From an uncultured Bdellovibrionales bacterium (GTDB lineage: Bacteria > Bdellovibrionota > Bdellovibrionia > Bdellovibrionales > SG-bin7), in NCBI GenBank assembly GCA_964498095.1, contig CAZCFY010000012.1, positions 69,807 through 133,806 on the forward strand: a DNA stretch of 64,000 nt. The letters run 5' to 3'. The notes beneath the pieces were generated by a model. It worked only from the letters and a program-made list of their open reading frames with translations, was not told where the DNA came from and did no database searches. Made by a program: the position numbers and the translations under genes. This document shows, piece after piece, positions 1 to 9,300 of the stretch; position 1 is the first letter of the stretch; every line of letters starts with the position of its first letter.

Positions 1-2
1 TT

Positions 3-119
3 ATAGAAGTGTTTAAGATTCCAAGCTGGATATCACTGCTCGTCATTTTCTCAATCCTCATTACAGCCGCATTGAGCTCGTGGTATGTCGCAAGACTTGA
101 GGAAAAGAATTTGAAGTGA
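3..119 (+). CDS. 3' end of a CDS truncated by the window edge (product unknown, hydrophobic C-terminal segment)
   Basis: Open frame from position 3 to TGA at 117-119 reads IEVFKIPSWISLLVIFSILITAALSSWYVARLEEKNLK*, one TM-like helix. Too short to identify. Confidence 0.3.
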   Translation: MEVFKIPSWISLLVIFSILITAALSSWYVARLEEKNLK

Positions 120-407
120 GATCGGAAGGGTTTTAGTTCTTTATGTAGGAGCCAGCCGTGATTCTCGCCAGTCTTGCGAATACTCCACTCATGGCATACC
201 TTGGATCACATGCGCCCCGTATATTAAGTAAAATGTGGGGCCTTAAAAGTGATAATCGAGATCGACTCGCAATCTTAGTGCTTGTTCTTAGAAAGCAATT
301 TTTCTGTGGCCTAAATTTGTCACCCTGTTAGAAAAATAACATCTATTTTTTCATAAAGGAATCCATTATAATCCTAACTTTTAAACGGTATAAACTGGGA
401 GTGATTT

Positions 408-764
408 ATGAAAACCTTTGGCCTGTTTTTAGTGTTTATGACACAACTTGGATTTTCTCCAGTAAGCTTAGCCAGTAATTTTTATCCGAATGTAGTAACC
501 TGCTATGCACTATATGATGTACCGGCTTTTTGGATGCAGGGATACCCCGAGGCTAATCCAATGGTTATTGAAAACGATCGAATAAAGATTGAGTCCATTT
601 CAGAACAGGATACTGCGCACACGACCTTCCTAATTTCCTTTACAGGAATTGGAGCAGACAAGGTGAAGGAAGCTCTTGAAAAACCAAAATCGTTCTCAAA
701 AAACCCAGATCGTTTCGAAAATTTAAAAATTAGCATAATTGGATGCAAGTCGATTTTAAATTAA
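408..764 (+). CDS. hypothetical secreted protein
   Basis: 118-aa ORF with a signal-peptide-like N-terminus (MKTFGLFLVFMTQLGFSPVSLAS) and GGGAG 6 nt upstream of the ATG. No family motif recognised. Confidence 0.55.
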   Translation: MKTFGLFLVFMTQLGFSPVSLASNFYPNVVTCYALYDVPAFWMQGYPEANPMVIENDRIKIESISEQDTAHTTFLISFTGIGADKVKEALEKPKSFSKNPDRFENLKISIIGCKSILN

Positions 765-872
765 ATATTTTTGAAGTGCGGGAATCAATAGAGCCTGCAA
801 TAGTAGCCACCGAGATTCTAGAAAATCGCGCTGACGAACCATTTGGACCAACTTTTTCAAATTTCTTAAAAA

Positions 873-897
873 CAGCGGAAAACTAAAACTTTCAGCT
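873..897. repeat. 25-nt hairpin-forming repeat, copy 1 (cagcggaaaactaaaactttcagct)
   Basis: Matches 2387..2411 at 24 of 25 positions. Arms agcggaaa / tttcagct can pair around the loop actaaaac, followed by TTTT. Confidence 0.6.
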
Positions 898-1202
898 TTT
901 GAATACCCTCAAAATCATCAGACATAGCGTTTGGCACTCGTTAGCGATGGCAAACTTCGCGCCAAGCCGAACTCGTTTTTGAGGGCATTCAAATTTGAGG
1001 GCGAGAAGAAAAAGGTTCGAACCCAGTAGTTGGTTCGACAAAAATATCAGGAGGATATTTTTCTGATGCAAGGATTTAGGCGCAACAATACTCTCGTGGC
1101 CGCCTAGCCTTTGGTTTAGTGCCTGGCATTTGGTTTCGTAGGGATAGCCAGAATCCCAGGTGTCCCTTTGTACATTTCGGTGCCTCCAGGTATTATCGTA
1201 CT

Positions 1203-1931
1203 ATGTTCAGATTTTTACTTCTTATCGCCTCTACGACTTTAATTGCAATAGATGCTTACGGCGAACCCATTTGTGGGAGGAATTCCTCAAACTCCGCCCT
1301 TATCATCATCGATATGCAACCCGGATTTATCACGCGCGGAGGAAATCACGAGGTACCAAGTAATATCGAAAAAGTTCGGCAAATAATTGATCAACAAGTA
1401 ATTGCTATTAATCACGCGAAGGAAAAGCAAATCCCTATTGTTTTTCTAGAGTATGTTGGGGATTACGGCGATACTAACGAAAGTCTTAGAGATCAGGTTA
1501 AGAATTACGACAGAGTTAAATTTTTTAAAAAAGATTCAGATGGGATGTTTGAAAAGTATAACAAGTACTTAAGCAACTTATCTGACTACCTAAAGAAAAA
1601 TGACATTGGAACAGTCATTATTACCGGTGCGAACGGCGGTGCCTGTGTTGAGTCGAGCATAAGAGGGGCGCTAGAGAATGAGTGCAACGTCATTGCGCTA
1701 TCACAGGGTATTGCGGACTTTAATTTCACTGACTTTATATACCCCTACGCAGGGTATTACAAAGCTTCAATAGGAAGTCCAACTTGCAAAAATTGTACTT
1801 TTTCTGAAGTTTCCAGCATTGATGGAACCGATCGATTTATGATAAACAATTCTAATAATAGAAACAAAGGCGCAAACTCCGCGCCCCAAAGCAAAAACGG
1901 TAAAAGTGAAGGGAACGGGTCGACCAAATGA
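1203..1931 (+). CDS. isochorismatase-family cysteine hydrolase with predicted signal peptide
   Basis: ALIIIDMQPGF (Asp), FFKKDSDG (Lys region) and VIITGANGGACVESSIRGA (Cys) fit the isochorismatase/nicotinamidase D-K-C fold. Start placed at MFRFLLLIASTTLIAIDAYG; the ORF is open from GTG 1119. Confidence 0.78.
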   Translation: MFRFLLLIASTTLIAIDAYGEPICGRNSSNSALIIIDMQPGFITRGGNHEVPSNIEKVRQIIDQQVIAINHAKEKQIPIVFLEYVGDYGDTNESLRDQVKNYDRVKFFKKDSDGMFEKYNKYLSNLSDYLKKNDIGTVIITGANGGACVESSIRGALENECNVIALSQGIADFNFTDFIYPYAGYYKASIGSPTCKNCTFSEVSSIDGTDRFMINNSNNRNKGANSAPQSKNGKSEGNGSTK

Positions 1932-2326
1932 AGATAATAACTTTAGTTGTATATTTATTTTCAAGCATTTCGTTGGCAGCACGTCTTGAAAATGTAGTAA
2001 TCTTAGGCGGGAAGCAGGGAACGAGAAATTTTGAATTAAAGATTCATGCCCGGGAGGGAGCGCCTGATTCTTTTTTTTACCTCGACATTTCCAAATCAGA
2101 TCCAGAAGCATTTGATAAGCTCATACATGTAATTCGGAAATTGACTGATCCGGAGGGATATAGATTAGATTTGGACATTCCTAGCTTTTCGGTTCACCCT
2201 AGCGGTAGTTATTACCGAAGCGAAGATATAAATATTTTCGGTGTTTATGGTCGCGCGCCCAATTCCAATTCCTCCACAACCAAGGTCAATACCAAAAGGA
2301 AAGAAGCGCCAAAAATCAAAAAGTAA
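1928..2326 (+). CDS. hypothetical small secreted protein, translationally coupled to the upstream hydrolase
   Basis: ATGA start/stop overlap at 1928-1931. Signal peptide MKIITLVVYLFSSISLAA, Lys-rich C-terminus. Confidence 0.6.
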   Translation: MKIITLVVYLFSSISLAARLENVVILGGKQGTRNFELKIHAREGAPDSFFYLDISKSDPEAFDKLIHVIRKLTDPEGYRLDLDIPSFSVHPSGSYYRSEDINIFGVYGRAPNSNSSTTKVNTKRKEAPKIKK

Positions 2327-2386
2327 ATTTTGTTTTGCCTAGAGTAAGCACATTAAAAAATCTAATTTAGGCCTGGGATAATAAAT

Positions 2387-2411
2387 CAGCGGAAAACTAA
2401 AACTTTCTGCT
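2387..2411. repeat. 25-nt hairpin-forming repeat, copy 2 (cagcggaaaactaaaactttctgct)
   Basis: Differs from copy 1 at one position (A to T), which turns a G/A mismatch in the stem into a G-U pair. Confidence 0.6.
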
Positions 2412-2778
2412 CCCTTTATTGTGATTAGGAGCGCGCGCCTCTTGAAAGCGAATTTCCCGAATAATAAAAAGGCAGAAATTGTAGGGATATAAAGTAGTCT
2501 CACGTTAACACTCTATCACTTTTTTAGAGACCTGAAATACTGGGCCTTACTTCTGCGATGGAAGTAAAAGTTGTTTAGTTGAAATGGCAAAAAAGTAGAG
2601 TCTAACAACTCATGCGAGGGAGAGGCGTAACTTGCCGGAAGTGGGGACGTTCGTTGATCTACTGAACCATAATGCCCTCCTTTTTAGGCGTTTTTTGTGA
2701 CCTTTTTTGGCGAGAATCTAAATTTAAAGAAGCAGGCAATTTATAGCTCTGGCATGGTTATAGCATTTGCGGGAAGCT

Positions 2779-3414
2779 ATGAAAAACCTTAAGTTCTTGT
2801 TACCGTTTTTGGCCCTTCAGATACTCGGCTGTGGCCAGGCTGGGGAAATGCTTAGCGATGTCGTTTCCGCAATTAGAGAAGGCAATGTTCAGAAGCTGCA
2901 AAAACATCTCACGGGACCAGCGCTGGAACAAATGAAAACACAACAGGACCTTAAACCCTGGGCTGACATAATAAACCATTCGCGTCGGCAGGAGTTTTCT
3001 GCCGACAGTATCTATGACTCTAGTAAGGGCAAAATTCTGGCAACAGCTTACGGGGCTTTTGAGAAAAATGAAAGCGAAGTGGTGTGGGCCGAGTTTAAGT
3101 TGGAGTGTGAGGGGCTTACGTCAATTTCAGACGATCATCCATTTCCAACGGATTGTAAAATTTCTGATTTTGGGCAACCGATTACCGTCGAAACGTCCTT
3201 TGCAAAAACACGAGCATTACTTTTCGCTTATAGCTGCGCCAGCAAACCAGGTCAAAATTTGCTGTTCGAAGAATTGCATAGAAGTCCAAGTGTGAATGTA
3301 GACCTCCCGGCTTTTCCAAATGGCCCAACCGTTATGGAAGTCCTTAAATGGCGCAAAGGCCGCGAGCATGATTCAAACTACTGCGAACAATCCTATAAGA
3401 AGCTTCGCCACTAA
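2779..3414 (+). CDS. hypothetical lipoprotein
   Basis: MKNLKFLLPFLALQILGC has a lipobox (ILGC). GGGAAG precedes ATG 2779. No family recognised. Confidence 0.6.
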   Translation: MKNLKFLLPFLALQILGCGQAGEMLSDVVSAIREGNVQKLQKHLTGPALEQMKTQQDLKPWADIINHSRRQEFSADSIYDSSKGKILATAYGAFEKNESEVVWAEFKLECEGLTSISDDHPFPTDCKISDFGQPITVETSFAKTRALLFAYSCASKPGQNLLFEELHRSPSVNVDLPAFPNGPTVMEVLKWRKGREHDSNYCEQSYKKLRH

Positions 3415-3426
3415 TATCGCAAGAAC

Positions 3427-4248
3427 ATGAAAATGAAATTTTTTAGGTTAATACTTATAGTAGCGAGTGGCTTTACCAATCCGGCATTTGCCATAGTAAA
3501 CGGTCGCGATATTTCATTGGCTGAAATGTTTCAGTTTCGCTCCTACGTATCGTTAACTGAGGACAGGACCGGTGGCGGCGGTGTTCATATTGGCGATGGA
3601 TTAATCCTCACAGCATTTCACATTTTTGAAGATATTACCCAGACACTAACTATCCGCGATGTTACGGGAGCCGTAGTAACCACATTTGCCATAGATAAAG
3701 AAAAGCACATTCGCATTCCTGACTTTCGAGTAAAACTTTCTGATGGTGCAAAAATGCAAGTTCCAGATTTAGCGATCGTTGTGCCCGATCGGGAGTCGCG
3801 AGAAAAAATCAAAAAATTACCTGTGGCTAAGTTGAGCTCCGTCACAGAATCATCAATACTGAAAATGGTAGGCATAGGACATACAGATTTTAATGGTACC
3901 GAGAATAACTCTGGATTTAGACCAAAAATCGGCGAGTTTAAGTTACAACAGGATCCCGGTAACGGTTTTGCGGAGTTTAATACTGCTTATCAACCAGAGA
4001 AAATTTGGGCCAACGGCGCCCCCCGTGATTCAGGAAGTCCTTTATGGGAAGTTTCTAAAGACGACAGAGAATTAAGCGTCGTAGGAGTAGCTGTAGCTAT
4101 TATAAATAAACCCGACACCGCAGAAGACAAGGAAGCTATTACTGTTTTTTTAAGTTTAGAGCCCGAAAAAATCAAACGCTGGGTTTACTCAGTTCAAAAA
4201 AAATCTAATCAAAATAATATGTCTGGCGCTTGTCACCTACTGTTTTAA
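3427..4248 (+). CDS. secreted trypsin-like (S1 family) serine protease
   Basis: Signal peptide ends ..PAFA, followed by IVNGRD. His context LTAFHIF, Asp context PDLAIVV, Ser context GAPRDSGSPLW. Confidence 0.8.
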   Translation: MKMKFFRLILIVASGFTNPAFAIVNGRDISLAEMFQFRSYVSLTEDRTGGGGVHIGDGLILTAFHIFEDITQTLTIRDVTGAVVTTFAIDKEKHIRIPDFRVKLSDGAKMQVPDLAIVVPDRESREKIKKLPVAKLSSVTESSILKMVGIGHTDFNGTENNSGFRPKIGEFKLQQDPGNGFAEFNTAYQPEKIWANGAPRDSGSPLWEVSKDDRELSVVGVAVAIINKPDTAEDKEAITVFLSLEPEKIKRWVYSVQKKSNQNNMSGACHLLF

Positions 4249-4356
4249 GTAAATCTAAAATGGCAAAATGCCCCCTTGGTAGGTTATTTTTTCTCAAATA
4301 AAAAAGAATTTTATGGCAACCATTGCCTTGCCAGCGCCCTTGGGTTTAGTGAAGTG

Positions 4357-6063
4357 ATGAAGAAGAAGCCGCCACGCCAATTGCCAGAGTTGGACTTGCG
4401 CCTACAAATTTCTCAAATAGATTTGATTTTCCGGCAGGGCCCACTTGCCTACGTTGCCGTTTTTATTAATTCATTATTATATACGATTTTTAGTTGGGAC
4501 GAAGTTCCACAAACCATTTTACTGCTATGGCTATTTGGTCTCTATGCCAGTACTTTAACTCGTTGGATTTTGCAGAGACGCTGGCAAAAAGTAAAAAGTA
4601 GACCGACGTTGGCGGCTTTAAAAGGGATAACCCGCACAATTACTTTAGGAGTTGTTCTATCCGGAACTTTGTGGGGAAGTATTGCCGTTTTCTGGGTTTT
4701 CTCTGAATCGGAAGTTATTTTGGCGGTAACGACGTTTATCCTAGCGGGAATGACTGCCGGTGCTGTGGCGGCCTATGCGGCAATACCTAGAGCCACTTAC
4801 GGATTTCTTACCGCCGCTTTATTACCATTAGTAATAGTTCTCTTTTCCGTAAAGCTTTTTGAACACGAGATTATGGCTGTTATGGCTCTGCTGTATTGGT
4901 TTTTAATGATGATTGTTGGGCGTAATGCCAGTCAAGTGACTCTTAACTCGATTATGTTGGGGCTAAGAAACGAAGATCTGACAAACCGCATGCACGACGC
5001 CAGTCACGAAATTCGCACTCCGGTGGCTGCAATCTCGGGGTTCGCAGAAATCTTAACGATGTCGGCGCAGTGTAAGGGCGAGGCCCGCGAACATGCAAAA
5101 ATTATCCTGAGAAATAGCCTTTACTTAAAAAGGCTCGTCGAAAATCTTTTGCAGTATTCGCAGAGAGAACAACTGCTAAAAACAAAGGAATGGGTTTCCG
5201 TGGCGGAAGAAATTGACTCCGTGATTAACCTAGTGAACAACATGGCCACAGAAAAAGGAATTGGTATTGAAGTTAGTTACGAAAAGGATTTGCCCGATCA
5301 AGTCCTGACGGATGGATTGAAGTTCCAACAAATTTTAATTAATCTCTTAAATAATGCCATTAAATTTAGTAAGCACGGCCCGATTCAAGTTCAAGTCAAA
5401 GAGGGGCGTCCGGGTTTTATTTCACTGCGAGTGAAGGATTTAGGAATTGGCATCGGTACTGAATCAATTCAAATGTTGTTTAAGCCGTTTTTCCGCGAGA
5501 ACCGTTCGGAAGTAAGAAGGCAGGAAGGGTCGGGGTTAGGCTTGGCTTTGTCGCGTAAGCTTGCACAAACTCTTGGGGGCGACATTCATCTCTTAGAGAC
5601 CGAGGTGGGAAAGGGATCGGTTTTTGAGTTTGAAGTTCCTACGGGTTTATTTACAAGAATTTCAAAAAGTAGTTTGACCGGCCGGCGTATCATGGTCGTT
5701 GACGACTCGATTGACATCCAAACGCTTTTTAAAAATGTATTACAGGGGGAGGGCGCGGATGTAACCGTATGTACCAGTGGGAGCGAAGCCGTCCAAGTCA
5801 TTGCACGCGATTTTAATTATGACTTAATTTTGATGGATTTAAATATGCCAGTTATGGATGGTTATACTGCGACCACCTTGATTAAAAAGACCGGATTTAT
5901 CAAACCTATTATAGCGTTCACGGCCTATTCAGAAAAAGAAAAGTGTTTAAAATTTGGCTTTGAAGGTTTTATTAATAAGTCCGAAAGCCTTGATCGCATT
6001 GTTGCGCTAATCGAGAGTCATATTTTGTTGCCCGACTCTGGTACGGGACGCTTCGTATCTTAG
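4357..6063 (+). CDS. hybrid sensor histidine kinase/response regulator with multi-TM N-terminal domain
   Basis: H-box HEIRTPVAAISGFAEIL, N-box LLNNAIKFS, G-boxes DLGIGIG and GSGLGLALS. C-terminal receiver RIMVVDDS...LILMDLNMPVMDG. ATG 4357 preferred over TTG 4276. Confidence 0.9.
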   Translation: MKKKPPRQLPELDLRLQISQIDLIFRQGPLAYVAVFINSLLYTIFSWDEVPQTILLLWLFGLYASTLTRWILQRRWQKVKSRPTLAALKGITRTITLGVVLSGTLWGSIAVFWVFSESEVILAVTTFILAGMTAGAVAAYAAIPRATYGFLTAALLPLVIVLFSVKLFEHEIMAVMALLYWFLMMIVGRNASQVTLNSIMLGLRNEDLTNRMHDASHEIRTPVAAISGFAEILTMSAQCKGEAREHAKIILRNSLYLKRLVENLLQYSQREQLLKTKEWVSVAEEIDSVINLVNNMATEKGIGIEVSYEKDLPDQVLTDGLKFQQILINLLNNAIKFSKHGPIQVQVKEGRPGFISLRVKDLGIGIGTESIQMLFKPFFRENRSEVRRQEGSGLGLALSRKLAQTLGGDIHLLETEVGKGSVFEFEVPTGLFTRISKSSLTGRRIMVVDDSIDIQTLFKNVLQGEGADVTVCTSGSEAVQVIARDFNYDLILMDLNMPVMDGYTATTLIKKTGFIKPIIAFTAYSEKEKCLKFGFEGFINKSESLDRIVALIESHILLPDSGTGRFVS

Positions 6064-6316
6064 CTTCTTTTGCAAAAGCGACTAGATAAAATGTTACCTT
6101 TGTCATTCCGCTCGTATTATGGATAGAGTATTTCAGCGCGTGCGTGTTAGGGTTAACGGCTATTTTCTGATTGATCCTATTAGCCGCAGCAACCAATTCG
6201 AAATTTCTATGTATGATACTTTAGGCTGTAATTCCTAGCCCACGAATAAGTAGACAAATCACTCCATCCGGATAATCTCTAAAGATAAGATAAACTAAAA
6301 GCTGTACTTAGGTTTT

Positions 6317-9300
6317 ATGAAAGCTTTGATCGGTTGGTTTGCGGAAAGAGAGCTTCTCGGGTGGTTAATGACCTTTATGGTCATTATCCTTGGAATATTT
6401 AGCTACATTTCTATTAAGCGCGAAACTTTTCCCAATGTTTCTTACGATGTAATTGCTGTCACAACAATTTTTCCAGGCGCCGCCGCATCGGAAGTCGAAA
6501 AACTAATAACTAACCCGCTAGAGTTACAACTCAAAGAAGTCACCGGTATAAAACAAATGAACTCGGTGTCTACCGAGGGCCGTAGCATGATCTCGCTAAT
6601 GCTCGATGTTGACCAAACGACGCTTGAAAAAGCAAAAAATGATGTGGAAAGTGCGGTGGATAGTTATACGGATCGTCCCCTAGATGCAAAAGAGCCCGTC
6701 GTTTTAGCCGTAGAAAGTAAACTCGCGCCGGTAATTGGATTAACTCTTTACGGCGACGTCTCAGATATGAGACTAAGAACGTCGGCGAAGTTTTTAGAAA
6801 AACAGCTGCGCGACGTGCCGGGGTTAGCCAAGGTAAATTATGACGGCCTACGAGATATAGAATATTTGGTCGAAGCCAATCCGGCGAAACTTTCGCGTTA
6901 CCAAATTACTTTGGAAGAGTTAGTCGGCGCGCTAAAAAGGCAAAATCTTTCTATTCCGGGAGGAACTATTGAGGGCGATCTTTCCGGAAAAAAGGAAATC
7001 GCGATTCGCACCTCAGGCCAATATGATACCCCTGAGGATATTGCAGAAACGGTAATTAGAGCGAATGACATCGGAGAATCCGTAAAAGTCTCTGATGTCG
7101 CGACGGTTTCTGAGTTGTTAGAGCGGCCTAAGCTACTGGTTCGCGCCAACGGCAAAGAAAGCATCGTGCTGCGAGTCCTGCAAAAAGAGAACGCCGATGC
7201 CATTGATCTTGTCGCGGCAATTAAAGAAAAAGTCGAAGAGGTCAAGCGATCAAAAGATGCGCGCTGGGATCCGAAGATAAACGTCGGCTACATAGACGAC
7301 TATTCATTTTTTATTAAGAGACGTTTGTCGGTACTGCAAGGAAATCTCGCGCAGGGGTTAATATTAGTTTTACTTATTGTCGGCCTCTTAATGCCTTGGC
7401 GAACCGCCTTGCTTACCGCCGGTGGAATTCCGTTTGCGTTCTTGGGAACTATGATTGTTTTTTATTATACGGGAGTGACGCTAAATTTAATTAGCGTCAT
7501 GGGGCTTATCATTGTCTGCGGTATGTTAGTTGATGACGCAATCGTCGTTGGTGAAAACGCGACGCAAATGGTGGAAAAGGGAATGTCTCCTAACGAGGCC
7601 GCAGCGCGCGGAGCGCAGGAAATATGGATGCCAGTAGCGGCCTCCGTCATGACAACTGTTGGTGCTTTTTACCCAATGCTAAATCTCTCCGGAATTTTTG
7701 GGAAATTTATTAAATATATTCCAATGGGAGTAATTACGGCGCTCCTATTTAGTCTGGTGGAATGTTATTTTATTATGCCTGCGCACTTGCGCTGGATTTA
7801 TCGCGGCCGGGGAGATGCCGCCGCCATCGCTTCCGGTGCTGGCGAGCCGATTTACAGCTATTTTAACCGTCTTTGGCAGTCCTATGCCGTTCCATTTTAT
7901 GTGGGGATTCTAGAGAGCTGCATTCGGTACAGATATCTGGTTTTAGTTTTCTTTTTTTTACTTATCGCCGCTTCGGGAATTTTAGTTAAAACCCAGATGC
8001 GGATCGTGTTATTTCCTACGGATGGAATAGAAGTTATAGTTTTGAATTTTGAAGCCCCAGTGGGAACAAAACTAGAGCGCACCCAGACCCTTATGAACCC
8101 CGTTGAAAAAATTGTGGCGGAACTGCCGAAAGATGAATTGCTAGATTACGTCTCTAAGGCGGGAATGCAGGGCTTAAATATGTTTGATCCCGAAACATTT
8201 AGAGGTTCTCATTACGGCCAAATGTTAGTTTATCTTTCTCCAGAAACAGATCGCACTCGCTCGGCCAGCGAAATTAAAGACGAGCTGCGAAAGAAAATTG
8301 GCAATCCACAGGAAATAAAATTTAAGTTTGGAAACGTTGCTACGGGACCACCAACGGGTAGTCCAATAAATATTGGTGTGCGTGGCGAAAACTATGAGGA
8401 TATAATAAAAGTAGTTAATCAAATAAAAGGTATCGTCGAAAAACTTCCGGGGGCCTTCGATATTGTTGACACCTATACAAAAGGAAAAGAGGAAATAAAT
8501 GTTTCCGTTGACCCCGTGAACGCTAATTCGGCGCAACTTACCATCGGAGGCATAGGTGCCACCGTGCGCGCCGCTTACGAAGGAATTGTCGCGACCAGCA
8601 TTCGCAATCTGGAAGAGGAAATCGATGTACGTGTCACTTTGCCGGCCGAAAATCGCAGTGAAGAGAGTTCCTTAGAAAGACTTTACATTAATAATAATCG
8701 CGGAAATCTTGTGCCGCTCTCACGTGTGGCTCGCTTTGGGAAGTCCCAAGGCATCGAGTCCTACCTGCACGAAAATAATCAAAGGCAAGTAACGGTTAAG
8801 GGAAATATCGATGACCGTGTTTCTTCCACTTTAAAAATTCACGGCGAGGTAAAAAAACTTTTGCCAGAAATTTTAAAAGCCAATCCCGGCGTGGGCGTGT
8901 ACTTCGGTGGGGAAGAAAAGGACACTAACGAAAGTCTGGAGGGGTTAAAGATCGCGATGCTTATAGCCATCGTGGGAATTTATTTTATGTTAATTTTGAG
9001 CTTTAACAGTATTTTTCAACCCATGTTTATTCTTTTGTCGATCCCTATGGGTATAGTTTCTGTTATCTGGGCATTTTTTCTGCATAATAACAAACCTCTC
9101 TCCTTCTTATGCATGATCGGTGTTGTGGCTTTATCGGGTGTTATCGTAAACAACATCATTGTGTTAATGGATACCATAAATGAATACCGCCGCAATGGAA
9201 TGAAAAATTATGACAGCATAATTGCTGCGGCCCGCTCGCGCTTTCGCCCAATTTTTTTAACTACGGCGACAACAGTATTTGGTTTGTTGCCAACCGCCTA

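Noticed and set aside
776-886. 36-codon ORF (GTG start) ending ...LKTAEN* that includes the first half of the 25-nt repeat
   Set aside because: No Shine-Dalgarno sequence. In the second repeat copy (2387..2411) the same frame is closed 9 codons upstream, so the repeat is not conserved as coding sequence.
1014-1023. GGTTCGAACC, which resembles a tRNA T-arm/T-loop
   Set aside because: The flanking bases do not form a T-stem, acceptor stem or anticodon arm. It is a simple 10-bp palindrome, not a tRNA or tRNA fragment I can support.
1119-1202. Upstream GTG extension of the isochorismatase-family ORF
   Set aside because: The extra 28 residues (MPGIWFRRDSQNPRCPFVHFGASRYYRT) precede a clean signal-peptide-like start at ATG 1203. 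The start remains uncertain, and I kept the shorter model.
2750-2765. Sigma54-like element TGGCAT-N5-TAGCA upstream of the lipoprotein gene
   Set aside because: The GG-N10-GC spacing is correct, but the element ends only ~13 nt before ATG 2779. The transcript would lack a leader and Shine-Dalgarno sequence, and no enhancer-binding protein gene is nearby. Likely chance.
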